Shown here: piece by piece, positions 37,670 to 51,000 of the stretch
Numbering within the stretch: position 1 is the stretch's first letter
Layout: each line of letters begins with the position of its first letter
Origin: Psilocybe cubensis
Taxonomy: Eukaryota
Direction: 5' to 3'
DNA length: 64,000 nt
Assembly: GCA_017499595.2 (NCBI GenBank)
Contig: CM039002.1
Location: 124,001-188,000, forward strand
Notes under the pieces: model-generated
What the model was told of the DNA's origin: nothing
Seen by the model: the letters and a program-made list of their open reading frames with translations, nothing else
The model's database searches: none
Translations under genes and position numbers: made by a program

Positions 37670-39056
37670 TCAGAAAAGCGCAACGAAGGATACGGCAAGA
37701 CCAAACAGACCCAGTCCGGCACTCATCCTCCTTCCAATAATTGCATCGCTAGAGGGTCCATCAGTGTTCTGTGCAGACCCACTAGTCCGAGTCTGACTCG
37801 CAGAGCTTGAGCTAGATGAATCAGTCCTCGAGGTGCTCGATGTAGAAGATCCAGAAGATGTCGCGGCAGGATTTCCACCGGTGGTCGTAGCGGCCGCTGT
37901 CGCACCGGGAACAGGGACTGTCTCGGTTCCGTCAAAGATGCTCTCACTACGGAATGTGCTGCAGGACGTGCTGCGCGGGATGCGGACCGAGTACGGCACC
38001 GTACCGTCGCCTTGCTTCCAAGTCGTGGTCACTCCAGCTGCGTTGACATACTGGCCGGGCGGGTCCTGCGACTCGGACTCGCACGATTCAAAGACGCCTA
38101 GTTTAGCGTTAGAAGGCGCGTTGAAACCGCAACCCATAACGTCGTAAATGTGCTCGCAGAGCCGCGCGGCGCGTGGGCCTCTGGGGTCGCAAGCCTTGAG
38201 ACAGAACATGTCGTTTCCGTTAAAGCTGATTGTGAATGTTGATTCCGTCAGTTGCGCATTCAGGTCTATAGGTCAAGATGCAACGCACTTGTGCCATTCG
38301 ACAGCTTGGACGTAAGATCCGGTCCACGCGCTGGTAAATAACAGTCCACCAATAGGGTTTCCGCGCTACCAAACATCCAACGTCAGCCCCATATTTCCTA
38401 ACATATTTTCTCGAAACGAATCACTCACGAGATCAGCGCCGTGAGGGTCCATCTCACCGCCTGAATCACCGGGCTTCATGTTGATTTTCGTCTGGTCCAT
38501 GAAACCCACAACCTGGATGTAATCCGGCGTCTTCGTGAACTGCACACCCGTAATAGTTCCCTTGGGCATCACGCGCGTCCCGTGGCCCTTTTTCGTGCAC
38601 CATGCAACCATCTCGCCCTCAATGTTACCCACATCCTCTCCTGGCTCGGGAGGTGCCCAGAGACAGAAGTCTATATGATATTGCACACGCATCAGCTGCG
38701 AGAACACGGCATAGATCAAGGAGAAATATAAAACGTTGTCTACGCACCGTCGAGAGAGTTGATGAAAGCCGTTTGGCAGAGCGACTCCTGGTTCTCCGTG
38801 GTCTCGTTGCAGATGTTGTACCCCTTCTGTAAGCCACGGGGGAGCCCTACATCAGTGTCCACTTTGTATGGCTATGGATTATCGCATATATCATACCAAG
38901 TCAGCAAGTTATACCCGGTAGAGTTGCGTTAAAACTCACAATATTAGTGTAGTTAAACCTCTTTTGCGCGAGCGGGACGAACTGAGCATTGATGCTAGAC
39001 GCGGCGAGGAAGAGAGAAACGCCTAGAACGGCAAGGTTTTCCTTCGAGTAAACCAT
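37670..39056 (-). CDS. MP88-like ('macrophage-activating glycoprotein') secreted mannoprotein, probably GPI-anchored
   Basis: Signal peptide. Motifs DFCLWAPP, VAWCTKKGHGTR, GVQFTKTPDYIQVVG, GGEMDPHGAD.RGNPIGG, FCLKACDP, CEHIYDVMGC. Ser/Thr-rich tail and hydrophobic C-terminus. Confidence 0.88.
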
Positions 39057-40295
39057 CACACGAAGTTTAATTAGCTGATCCTAAGTATACGTCAATCCGC
39101 AACTGTAAAGTTTGGCGATCAAGAAAAGAAAGAAAGAAAGAACGAGCTACGATGAATCAAGAGAAGTTGGAGGTGGAAGGCAAGAAAGATAATTGAGGAA
39201 GAACAGCGCAGCAGCTTGATATATAGCACTCCCGGCGTCGACACGCCTATGCCCAGAGACCAGAACAAAGTCACCGTCCCAAAACATTTCATCAAAGCAG
39301 GATTTCAACCGCTCAACACAGCCGGCTCAAGAACCAAGGTCAAGGCGTTGAGTTCCCGATAAGCATTTTGCATATTTGGGCAGATTCCCCAGCACGTTGG
39401 TTATTGCTTGCACCAGCAATCCAGCCAGGGTGTATCTAATCGGTCTTCAAGTGCTGTTCAGAGGCGATATCGAATCAATAGGCGTATACCAGAAACACCT
39501 GAATTATTAACAACAGAACTTAGCACCTGGAAGCCTGCAGTACACTGAGACATCCATAAATGCTTGGCAAAAATTGAATTGGTCGTTTTTGTTCAAGCTT
39601 GGCAAGCAGTCTCCCGGTCAGGGGCCACCGTTAGTTACCCTCCGAGTTGAACGGACTGCTACATTTTAGTGAGCAATCATGTATGCTCATGAATGAGCGT
39701 TTGAAGAAGGTGAGGTCGGGGAACAACATCGCCTTGGGGACGCCGGATAGTATTGGATGGCTTCCGCTAATAACCAGGATGATATCATACAGTTGTCGGA
39801 ACGAAAACTTTCCACTAACGCACAAAGAATGCACGTGTGTACGGGAAGGCATGAGGTGCCATGAGGTTAAGCGCTAAGCACCAATGTATGTGGGCGTTTG
39901 AAGTCAAAATGCCTGTGGGCGCTTGCTTGTGATATTGATCAAGCCCCGCAGCCTGCAACTCTTATTTTGGTAAGATCACTGAATTTGGTAAGATTTGGTA
40001 CACACAATGCAGCCGCCACTGCTCCACTACCCCCATTTAAAGACACGATCAGCACTTAGTTTTGCTCTTTCGATGGGTCAATATTCCCCTAGCTAGCAAC
40101 ATGCTGCTACATTCGGCTGTTTTTGCCGATTTCAATCTCAGTTGAACTCCGAAAGGCACACCAATCAACGAATTGCTTTTTAACTCAATATCTTGCAGTT
40201 TTTCTGCCAGGTGCAAGTGGTACTTTGGATACAAACGCAGAAATGTTCAGTATAACCAAACTGAAATCAACGAAACCACGCCCAAAATAACCCAC

Positions 40296-41539
40296 TCAAA
40301 GGACACCAAGAACCGACGGAAATAGACTAACACACCCACCCGCGCTATCCTCAATGAATATCCCGCCAAAAATCAATCCCTCATTCAAATTCGACTCCTG
40401 GAACCCCTCGTGCAGCACATCAATTCCCAGTGGGCCCGTAGGTTCTTTGAATACGCCTGTGTGGAATTGGCCGCCTCCGGAGTTGTCATTGAATGCTGGG
40501 CCTGCGACTCGTTTTAGCGGTGCAATGCCTTTGGAATAGTACACGGTGAGTGTGCTTCAAAGTAAAAAAGAGTTAACATCTCAGTCACGATGATACAAAA
40601 GCCTAAAGGAAGAGGCTCACTTATCCGTCCACCCAAGTGTCACTGCAAAATTATGCCAGACATCAAACTCAAACGGCGTCTGGAAGAATGTCGTCTCGGG
40701 CGAATTTGACTGTCTCCCTGCAAGCCTCAACGTCTTTGGGTCCCGCACCGTCGGGTCAAACGACTTGTTAAAGGGAGTCCCCGTCAAAAATGTAATTTCT
40801 GACGTGCTGAAGTCTGCCGTCTCATGCCACGCTGGCTGTACAACACGTTCACATTCCGCGACTTAAGATTGAGAGAGGCGGACGTACGTGGTACTCGTGT
40901 GAGAAATTTAATGGTCTCAGCGGGTCGTTCCGGATAGACCAGTGGAACGTCGTTGTGCCTTGTACAGTGATATCTGACCCGTTGTTCGTCGCTGGGATCA
41001 GTTCAGAGCGTCGGAACCCGACTTGAGGCTGCGGGGGATCGCCTCCCGGGAGGAAGATTGAGTTATCGCTATTCAAACCAATGTAAGTGGCCGCAAAATG
41101 CGTCTGGATGGAGGTGCTGAACGCACTTTATCGTGACCTCGACAGGCTTTGCATTTTTCGGGATGTCAAACTTACAATTGTAGTTATGATCAGTTCAAAC
41201 TTCCTAGCTCAAAGACTGACTCACCATTGACGGTGGAATCCCAACTGGGAACTTTATGATCTCCGCCCAAGTCTGATCTTCACGGAGGAATTATTACACA
41301 ACAATTCCAAAAGCAACGAAAAACTCACTTTGTCCATGCACGAACTGATGATCGAATATACTCGAATTTTTGTCAAAGTCTGCTGGAGTCATTTTCTGCG
41401 GTACACGTCCATCAAATAAGATTTTGCATTCTTTTCCGATCGTCGTCATCGTCGTCGCGGAAGAAGACCCAGAAGTCGCCGGCGATGCGAGCGCCGCATA
41501 CCCGAACGTTGAAAGTAAAAGGAACTCGAGAAACGTCAT
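40296..41539 (-). CDS. Glycoside hydrolase family 131 (secreted beta-glucanase-like)
   Basis: Signal peptide. Motifs ILFDGRVP, SIFLPGG..QVGFRRSELIP, GTTTFHWSI, LNFSHEY, WHNFAVTL, NDNSGGGQFHTG, EGLIFGGIFIEDS. Confidence 0.88.
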
Positions 41540-42172
41540 TGTCGTAGTGATATACAGAACAAGTGCCAGAGGAGCGGTGTAGATACAATATATACATTCT
41601 GCTACGTTGGATATTTCCCCCGACACCCACCCAGCCGCTCTCTCACTCACTCCATCGACGACATGGGAGACTACACTGACTTGTAGAACATCCCATGACC
41701 TTCCAAAGAATTATGAGATCGTCAATTTGAGAGACGGCGAAAAGAACAAGCTGCGCTTCTCAACGTGGCATGAGCGAAGCGGCTCGGTTTTAAGTGGGCA
41801 CAAGTATCAATTTTAGATAGTGCAAAAATAGATGTGGGGTAGGTATGAACGTCGATCAGCTGCGTTGTATTGTAATTTGTGTTGTGCTCGAAGATTGACC
41901 GGGTTTTATCCGATGTACTGCCACTGTCAGCGCCTCACACTGCTGGCACCCATTCGTATATGTCAAATGGAAACGGGTTAGATACACGTTATGTGTTTGA
42001 TTGTGTGTTTTTGTTCGCATTTTTTAGAGAAATATGCTTCGAAAGTGGATTGCGACTCATATTTTTTTAGAAAATTTCAACAAAAAGTGTCTTTGATTCG
42101 TCGCCAGCAGTTCTAGTCGAAGAAAACGAGCAATAAGAAAGGCAAAAACAAGCAAAAAACAAAGTAAAACAT

Positions 42173-42256
42173 TGGACGCATTGGGAATTGAACCCAACAC
42201 CTCTCGCATACCATGTAATGCTAAGCGAGCGTGATAACCAACTACACCATGTGCCC
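42173..42256 (-). tRNA. tRNA-Ala(AGC) with a ~10-nt intron
   Basis: Sequence: GGGCACATGGTGTAGTTGGTTATCACGCTCGCTTAGCA[TTACATGGTA]TGCGAGAGGTGTTGGGTTCAATTCCCAATGCGTCCA. Has the G3:U70 alanine identity pair and downstream T runs. Confidence 0.95.
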
Positions 42257-43136
42257 GTTGAGGGTTATACTGTTATGTAATATATCACGCGCCATCATCT
42301 CGCCGGATCGCGCGACTTTTCAAAATGTCCGACAGCAAATCTCTCTCGCGAGTTGCAGCCATCAAGACGAAGCTATTCATATTCGTGTTCGACATTCCCG
42401 GTCATTTGTATACATGACAATACCCTCTCTTGACATTGACCACATGTACCTTTCGAATGACTTGCTTTCATCTGCCTGCACGTTCGTCGACTTGAAAAAG
42501 TCTCATTTTTACCCACCTTGAACGTCGTGTTACAAAACTCACGGACGAACGCTGAATGCATCTCCAGGCGCCGGGTCTCTGTCACCAGGGAGGAAATTGT
42601 ATGTTACATATCCACCCACTTCACCTAGTCCTTCCGGCCAACTAAAAATTATATCTAATCCACCAGCACGATTTTGTGCAACAGCCACAGAACAAAGTTC
42701 CCACCACATTCCGAACTCGACATATGCACCGATATTTTTGTTATCATCCAACACAGCACAAGCAATGCCTACTACCTCGCCCACATGGTATCCTTCATTT
42801 AAATTACAGTATCAATCCACCGAGGCTTCCATTCCAGGCGAGCTTTTAGCCAATGTGTTGTACATGTGCCCCATATGGCATATCCCTCTTCCCTAATGCG
42901 CATGAAAGATGACGGGTCCGTGTGGTTGAGGACAGGCGCAGCGTTGAGTTGTGAAGCACGTTAAAGGATTTAGCGTGCTCGAGGCATATCGAGTGATCAT
43001 CGTGGGTCGTGTTGTTCACAACTGTCTCGCTTCAGATTCAGTGCCTATCGCAGAGGATACATAAGCTCATGGGTTTTATCATGACTTTAGAGCAGTCTCC
43101 GGTATCATATCCTCTCTCAGAAAATCGGGCAACGAA

Positions 43137-44995
43137 ATGATGAAGACGCGATCGATTTTGCTAGGTCTTGTGTTGGGAGTGCGTAGCGTATACGGATGGG
43201 GAGCGAGTGGACATATGGCCGTTGGGTGCGTAATGAAATTCGCCCTTCTTATCTTTTTCCGCTTCTGACATCAAATTCTACCCAATTATGCGTACGCGTC
43301 AGATACATTGCAATGCCCGTTCGTCCAGCGCTTACTTGTCGTTAACGTTGACCGAACACCATGATTCATCCCCAAACAGTTCCTTGCGCCAAAAGCTCTA
43401 TCTTTCGTGCAAACATCTTTAGGGGCAACTTATAATGAATCCTTGGGGCCAGCCGCAACAGTGAGTTCAATTCAAATCCAAAAATATCAGTTACCATGAA
43501 GGAAGGAAAGCTCAATTGGCGTTGAGATAGTGGGCCGATGAAGTCAAATCTATGGCTGCATACGCATGGTACACAGTCTCCTTCATCGACTCATACATCT
43601 ATTAACCACTGCGTTAGGTCGTCCAACTTACACTTCGTCGACGCGGAAGGCATGTTCCTCGTCCTCTTCCACGATTACATAACCTTACACTCTCCTCTTG
43701 AAATGAAATAGACAACCCGCCAACATCCTGCTCTGTCGATCAAGATAGAGACTGTGCCGACGGGCGGTGTATATGTGCGTCGAACCCATCTATTCCAACA
43801 CCTAAATCTTCGCCCTGAATCATCCATCCTTTCATTTATGACTTTCTGTCACTCGATATCCGAATACAGTAAGCGCCCTGGCGAACTACACCACGCGCGT
43901 TGTCGACTCCTCGCTCGACGACATGCAGATCCAAGAAGCGCTCAAATTCATCGGTATGTGCCTCTTTCATCCTCCTCCTCCCACGTCCTTCACTCACAGC
44001 AATGGTATCCACAGACCACGTACGTTACAACACTATCCCATCCCATCTCCCAGCGCTAACCAAAAAATAAACACACACATCCAGTTCATCGGCGACATCG
44101 GCCAACCACTGCACGTCGAAGCCGTCGCGCTCGGCGGGAATCAGATCAGCGTCACATGCGGCGGGTCGAAGAGTAATCTGCACTCTGTACGTCGTTGACC
44201 TTCGTTTCTCGTCTGTCAGTCGTTTTGTTACTTCTATCTGATACCCCTGCAGGTCTGGGACTCGGGTATTATCAACAAGCTCCTCGTCGCACAGTACAAC
44301 AACTCGGTTACAACATGGGCAAGCGCGCTCGTTTCGCGGTTGCGTGTGCGTCTACGGATCTTCTTTTCCCTGATGCCTCTGAGCTGACATTTGTATACAT
44401 CATTGCCCAAACGCGACTTCTACCTCCATCTCCCCCTCACATTCCTGCCTTTATGTCCTCCATCCCACGCACACAGACAGGCGAATACAACTCTCTCGCT
44501 GCAAGCTGGCTCTCCTGCACATCCACCACGGAGCCTCTCATCGCACGGCGCAGCGGAAGTATCGAAGACGACATCGCCACCATCCTCCGACGAGTTGACG
44601 ATGACGGAGACATAGAGCCACTCCAATGTCCAATCGTATGGGCGCGCGATTCGAACTCGTTCGATTGCGTGAGTACAATCTCCAAACATAGCAAAAATTG
44701 ATTCTAACCACTCATCGTCTGCATTTGGACGGGATGGATATCGTAGAGTTTCGTGTTCAACTTTGCGGATAAGCAGGATCTATGCAACTCGACGTATTCC
44801 GTTGAGGCTATCCCTATTGTGCGTTTCCTTCTTGCAGCGGGTAGTTTGAAACCATGATGAACGAAATACTGACGGTGTAAAATACAGATCGAGACGCAGG
44901 TCGCAAAACAAGGCCTGCGCCTCGCAGCATGGCTGAATGTACTATTCGACGGTGTCCCGTTGACGCCTAGCAGTGGAATCCCCAGCCCATTCTAA
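43137..44995 (+). CDS. S1/P1 nuclease (secreted), copy 1
   Basis: Signal then mature WGASGH. Motifs WADEVK, LHFVDAED, ALANYT, EALKFI-DH-FIGDIGQPLH, GGN, NLHSVWDSG, QGLRLAAWLN. Many introns. Confidence 0.92.
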
Positions 44996-46084
44996 TAGGT
45001 TTCTGACACATGACGAAACAGAGTCGCCTCGGTTGTATTAAACATACCAGAAGGAACTAAATGGACAAATTGTAAATCTTATGACCCTGTTATTGAAAAG
45101 CATTTTTAGGTGTGTGGATGGCTGTATCATCGCTGCACCTGAACCCGAACGAAGATGATTTCATTTTTTGAACACTCCTTCAAAGACAGGCCGTGATTCA
45201 AGTCAAACATCCGGACTTAATTGAACCAAATCCGTTACAAACATCTCAATCATCATCTCTCTTGACCTATCTTGGTCAACCTAGCAACCCAAAATATCCC
45301 TACCTGCAATAAATTTACCTTCCCGACATGACTGCCGCAGTATTACTCACAGTTGTATACGGACTAACGAACAAATTGAATAGGCAGCTCACATCCGCGT
45401 CTATTTCGAGTCCCGACTACACGTCCATCCTCTCGTTCTATTTATATGTTCCCTAATTTTGGACACACAAATGATAAGCAGCCATCCGCGCATGTGTCCT
45501 CCTCCCTCCCTCCCAGACAGACCAACGTTTCCGTTTCCGCGTCTCCAAGTTTAAATACGACACAGCCATGGCGCGACCGTTCGTCCGTATTTTTGCTATC
45601 AGCGCGTAACACCGCGTGCACTATATCGACAATGATGCAGTCTCCCTCCCCCGTCCCCCCTGATCGTCTTCACAAGTAGCAACGCGCGTGTTAATTGTGG
45701 TTTATTCCGGGAAGTAAATGATGCTGAAGGACAAATTCGGCAGGAGAGACAAATTTTACTTTCTCTCGTGGATACTTTTGAGTGGGCCAGACAAGGTGAT
45801 TAATGATTGATTAATTGAAATCATTTGAAAGCAAGGTAATTTTTTATATCTTGAGCTTCTGATAACCGTCCACGAATTATATAGATTAGCTGAATGCACA
45901 TGCAAATGTAGAGCTATTTTTCGGTTGGTAGGTGCTGTTCATCTCTGGTTTCCTCTGACGCGATCAGGATCATCGCAAGCTTCTATAAAAGCTAGCTTTT
46001 CTACCCATTTTGAAAAGCTCCCGTCAGCAGCAACAGCAGCAGCAAAACAACGCTCACCCCATCCACACTGTCTCTGTCTAAGCT

Positions 46085-47865
46085 ATGAAATTACGTACGA
46101 GTACGCTATTCGTAGCTCTATCAGTCGCTGTGCCCACCGCATTTGCATGGGGCGAAGATGGACACATGGCTGTTGGGTACGTACAATTTCGCAGGGCTCC
46201 AAGTAAAATTTAATCATGCAACTTACACACACTGGCAGGTTCATCGCCATGCCTGTAAGCACCTTTAATCATTAACGCCCCCGATTTCATGGGATGACGC
46301 TGATCACGGATGACGTGATAGTTCCTGGCGCCTAAAGCTCTTTCGTTCGTGCAATCCACCCTGGGAGCCATGTACAACGAATCCCTCGGTCCAGCTGCCC
46401 CCGTAAGTCCAGTATCAACGCACGGTCTCGTCATGGCCGTCCCCTTCCAGCAAGAACTAGGCTAACATTGTAATTCGATGTAGTGGGCCGACGATGTCAG
46501 ATCTGAGGCTGGATTTTCCTGGTAAGCTGGGAACGTCACTGAAATGTCTTCAATTTTTACACTAATATTCATCAAGGTCTTCCGCTCTTCATTTCGTCGA
46601 TGCTGAAGGTCCTTGCTGGCTTACTCTCTCTCGAGTAATTGTCGTTCTCATTTCGTGTTCTTTATACAGACAACCCCCCGACATCGTGCTCCGTCAGCGA
46701 GAGCAGGGACTGTGGCAATGGTCGCTGCATTCGTAAGTCCTCAAAAACATGTTATACTTCTGGATCTAGACTAACTCCCTATTCGTGCAGTAACTGCGAT
46801 TGCAAACTACACAACCCGGGTTGTAGACAAGTCCCTCTCTGCAGAACAAATCCAGGAGGCACTGAAGTTCCTCGGTGGGTAGCAGTTCCATTAGTTATCA
46901 TCTATGGGCCCATGTACTGCGTCTAATCCTTGATATTCCGAATTACAGACCATGTAAGCTATTTTCCTCTGCTATAGATGTAGATATATGGGAAACTGAC
47001 GATTAATATGATATGAAGTTCATCGGTGATATAACTCAGCCTCTCCACGTTGAAGCTATCGAGGTCGGAGGGAATGACATCAGTGTAAAATGCAGCGGAT
47101 CCACGAGCAACCTTCATGCCGTGAGTCTTCAACTTGATACTATCAGTAAATTCCCGTCCTAACTTTCATGCTCTATTCTAGGTCTGGGGTGAGCACTGCT
47201 TTTCATAAACCATTACTCTTTATCAAGTCTGAAATGCTATTTCTACAGACACCGATATGATCGAAAAGCTTCTCAAAGCCAACTACAGCAACTCAGTCAC
47301 AGTTTGGGCCAACGCCCTCGCTACACGTATCAAGGTGCGTCCCATATTACCTCTACCGCGTCAAAAACCTTCCTAACTCTCACCGATCTAACACACATGA
47401 CAATCAGAGCGGCGATTTCAAATCTGAGGCACCCAGCTGGATCTCCTGTTCCTCAATCACCACCCCAGCTAGCAAGCGTCGTAGCGTGGAGGACGATATA
47501 GCTGCAATTTTCGAGAAGCGGGCCACTATCACGCCTCTCGAATGTCCCCTCCAGTGGGCACAGGATGCAAATGCCTTTGACTGCGTGAGTTGCTCTTCAT
47601 CATAGACTTATATCTGCATTTCGTAGTTGAGCCAATGCTGATTTTTTGCCAGTCTTTCGTCTTTAGTTTCACTTCGGGCGAGGATTTGTGCACTTCGAGC
47701 TACTTCACAAACGCAGTTCCAATCGTATGTGGGCGTTTACTATGTTTTGCAACAATAATGCTTATTGCTATGACAACTCAGATCGAGACGCAGATCGCTA
47801 AAGGAGGGTATCGCCTGGCTGCATGGCTCAACACCATTTTCGACGGCGCCACCAATCTTCCTTGA
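46085..47865 (+). CDS. S1/P1 nuclease (secreted), copy 2
   Basis: Motifs WGEDGH, WADDVR, LHFVDAED, AIANYT, EALKFL-DH-FIGDITQPLH, NLHAVWDT, GGYRLAAWLN. Confidence 0.92.
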
Positions 47866-48087
47866 CGTAGTAAAGGATATAGGTACGGTGTGGAATATGA
47901 GCGAGGATTAAATGAATATAAAGTTGAAGTTCTGAAGACGTATACATCTTGCTGGTACTAGAAAAGCTCATAAAACTGAGTCACAGTTCAATGATTTGGT
48001 GGAAATTCCATTTCCTTAATGTGTTTAGGCGTCATACTGCAAGGGATAGGTAAGTCAGAACCAAAATTTCGCTGATGGTAAAGTAGC

Positions 48088-51000
48088 TCAGCGTACCACC
48101 AAGTTCAAAGATCCAGGAAGATAATCAGTGGTACCGTTTCTTTGGATATAGACATCCGTCTGGGTCTCGTACGCTGTTTCCGTAAACTTCCTTAACCTTC
48201 CAGCATCTCCGGCAGCGCGCCGCACGTTCTTCAGTGAGAACACCACTTTAAGGGTTTCAACCATAGACAACTGGACGTATTCATATGTCCCACGGAAGAT
48301 CTTGTTGTTCAGAGCGTTCGATAAGACGGATGGACGCCTTGGGTCAACCTCAATTGGGTTCGGAACATCATTGTCCTAAACATGAGTACGAAGAATTTGG
48401 GGTCAGTGGCCAGTCGATTGTGGCGGATGAAACACTGACGTTAAGCTGCGCATTAAGGAGACTCGCCCGAACACGATCCCCTCTACTTAGGTTAAGAGGA
48501 GGCAATCCATTACCTTGTTCAATTGTTGTATCAACGACTACCTCTCCCCAGAAATTATCCAATGGAGGCCGCAACCCTGTAAGAACTATTAGGCTCGAAG
48601 ACAGTATATTAACGATAGTATAGACGCACGGAGAGCTTCAGACACATATCCCCTCAAAAGTTCGTTGTTTTCCTCTGTATCACTTTTTGCCAATTCAATG
48701 ATATGTTCCTTAGCCGCCTTTCTGTCGTCATCGAGGTAAAAATCGATCATCCTCGCTGCTGAATACGCCTGGTTGATCGAGGTACTGACAGCGATATCGA
48801 GGATATTGCTGGCAATTTCGCTGTGCTCGCGACCAGTGTTCGCCAGTTTAGAGGCAAGAGGGAACGCTAATTTTTGGGATCCAGGTTGGACAATCGAAGC
48901 GACAGCGGCGGCCTTGCGTGCAATGAAATTCTGTCAAGTTATGTCTTAGTTCATTGATTCGTCATGAATTTACAGGTAAGAGAACTCACAGGTAAATTTT
49001 GTGCCACCGATGCTTCCGTAAGGGACTTCCTGGTAAACATTGCCAGACCCCTACCAGCAGATAATGAAACATCGTGAAGAGAGAATCTAATCTCTGGTTT
49101 ATCAGGCGCCAGGAATGAAACACTAAAAAGAACACAGTTAACTGGGAGCGTAAGTAACAGCATCACATTCACGAACTTGAACTAAAACATGATCAGTGAA
49201 ATACTAATTAGAGCAATGGGTCTGACGTACAAGAAGAGAAAGCGTATCGAAGACTTGCATCTCAGTGTGTATGCCCTTGGGGCAATCTTTTGTTTTGAGC
49301 GGTAAACCAATCTAAACCCCAAATTCAGAATTCAACGTATGATTAGATATCAGTGAACGACACAAACCCATAGATCTGAAGCTACACGGGCTACCGCAGG
49401 ATAGATTATACTTCTCACAACGTCAATATATGTCCCTGGAACCCCGTCGTATCTAAATTTGACATGTTAGCACAACTCCAAGTGAAATGCCCAACAAAAC
49501 GTACGACCAGGCAGTTTCTGAAATTTTGAGTTGGAGCATTTTCGAGTAATATCTAACATAATCCATAGACGAGTCTCGATCGGGGAACATGACCTGCAAA
49601 GTTTTTGATCGACCTTCTCCTCGTCTACCATGAAAAGGTTGAGCAAACGGATTGATCATAAAATTTTATCGAAGCTTACCTTGCTATCTCTTGGAACTTG
49701 GAGATAGGCCCGTATCCAAAGTCATTGTAAATGGCTTTGAATTTCGTGGGTTCCTCAAAGAAATTTCGGATACCGGTCAAGGTACTGAGAACCTTTGTGC
49801 AGGAAAGTACTTGTGGTCGATCAAACGTGTATTTTTGTTGCAATTCCTGACGGGTTAAGGATTTATTCATATGTGCTGGTGTGAAGAATGGATATAGCGA
49901 ATGGGACGCATTCTGGAGCCCGTTAACGTATAATGAGTTTGAGGGACAATTTACAACGCAAGCCCACGTACCCATGAGTAGTGTCTAGGCAAGTGACGTA
50001 ACATAAGCTTCGAGACTGGAAAAATATATTGAGCAAAATGTTGGTCTGCCATAGATTACACGTACTCTCGGATCCGTGACCTCCATTGTTCATATTTCTT
50101 TGGCAGTCATGGAATCCCCAGGTAGTCAAATTGTTGGCTGTATAATTAAATTTTGTTATGCACACATGTCCTGTCCAGGAAATGTGCACATACGTGTAAA
50201 GTCGGTAGTGAAAAATCTGTCACCTCGAATAAGAACCAAAGCGTCACCAAGAACAGCCCGAGTAAGCTATTAAATTAAAAATGTATTACACTCAAATTCA
50301 GATTAAACGAACAAACACGTACAGTATACCCAGCCGCAAGTTGAGATCCGGAAGCGACCGGCATCGTTTGCTCAGCGTGGATTCCAGGCTTTGCAAGTAG
50401 TGTTAAAACTGAATGAGTTAATATATAAATAACACCAGAGACTCACGTAGAGTTCAAGGTTATCAACGTGTCCATAAAGCTGGCGAGCTGCGCCCTAAGC
50501 ATGTTTATTATATCATGGTGGAAAGTGCAAAAAAATAGGCCACTACTCACTGCAATTTTAGGATCTGGATTCCAGTCCTCAAACTCTTCGAATACTAGCA
50601 CATTTAACCATGAGTTCTCATACGAAACATGGCATCAGCTCATTTTCAGCATACCTTTCAACCCAAGGAACTTCCTGAATTCATTCATCGTGCATAGCCC
50701 CCATGATCGAGCCTGTTCTATGCCCATAATCTCGACCAGTCGCAACGCTGGTGGGGTTCCACGTGCTCGGAATGCTCCCGCAGGGGTTTCAATAGCAGTA
50801 TTGAGAATTTTAGATAAGTCGTCATCGGAAAACTTCCCGTCAGCGCCACGCTGCAAACTAAAGTAAATTGTTTCAGATATAGAATCATAAGCGCAAGTTG
50901 GGTGCTTACCCAGCAAAGGTACGTTTAGCCGGATTGGGCTCAATCGAGCCGAAAATTTTGGAGATAACGGATAGATCTGCCAATGTGAGCTGTCCGCAAG

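Noticed and set aside
42539..42896. ORFs between the tRNA and nuclease 1
   Set aside because: No supported start or splice structure and no recognisable homology.
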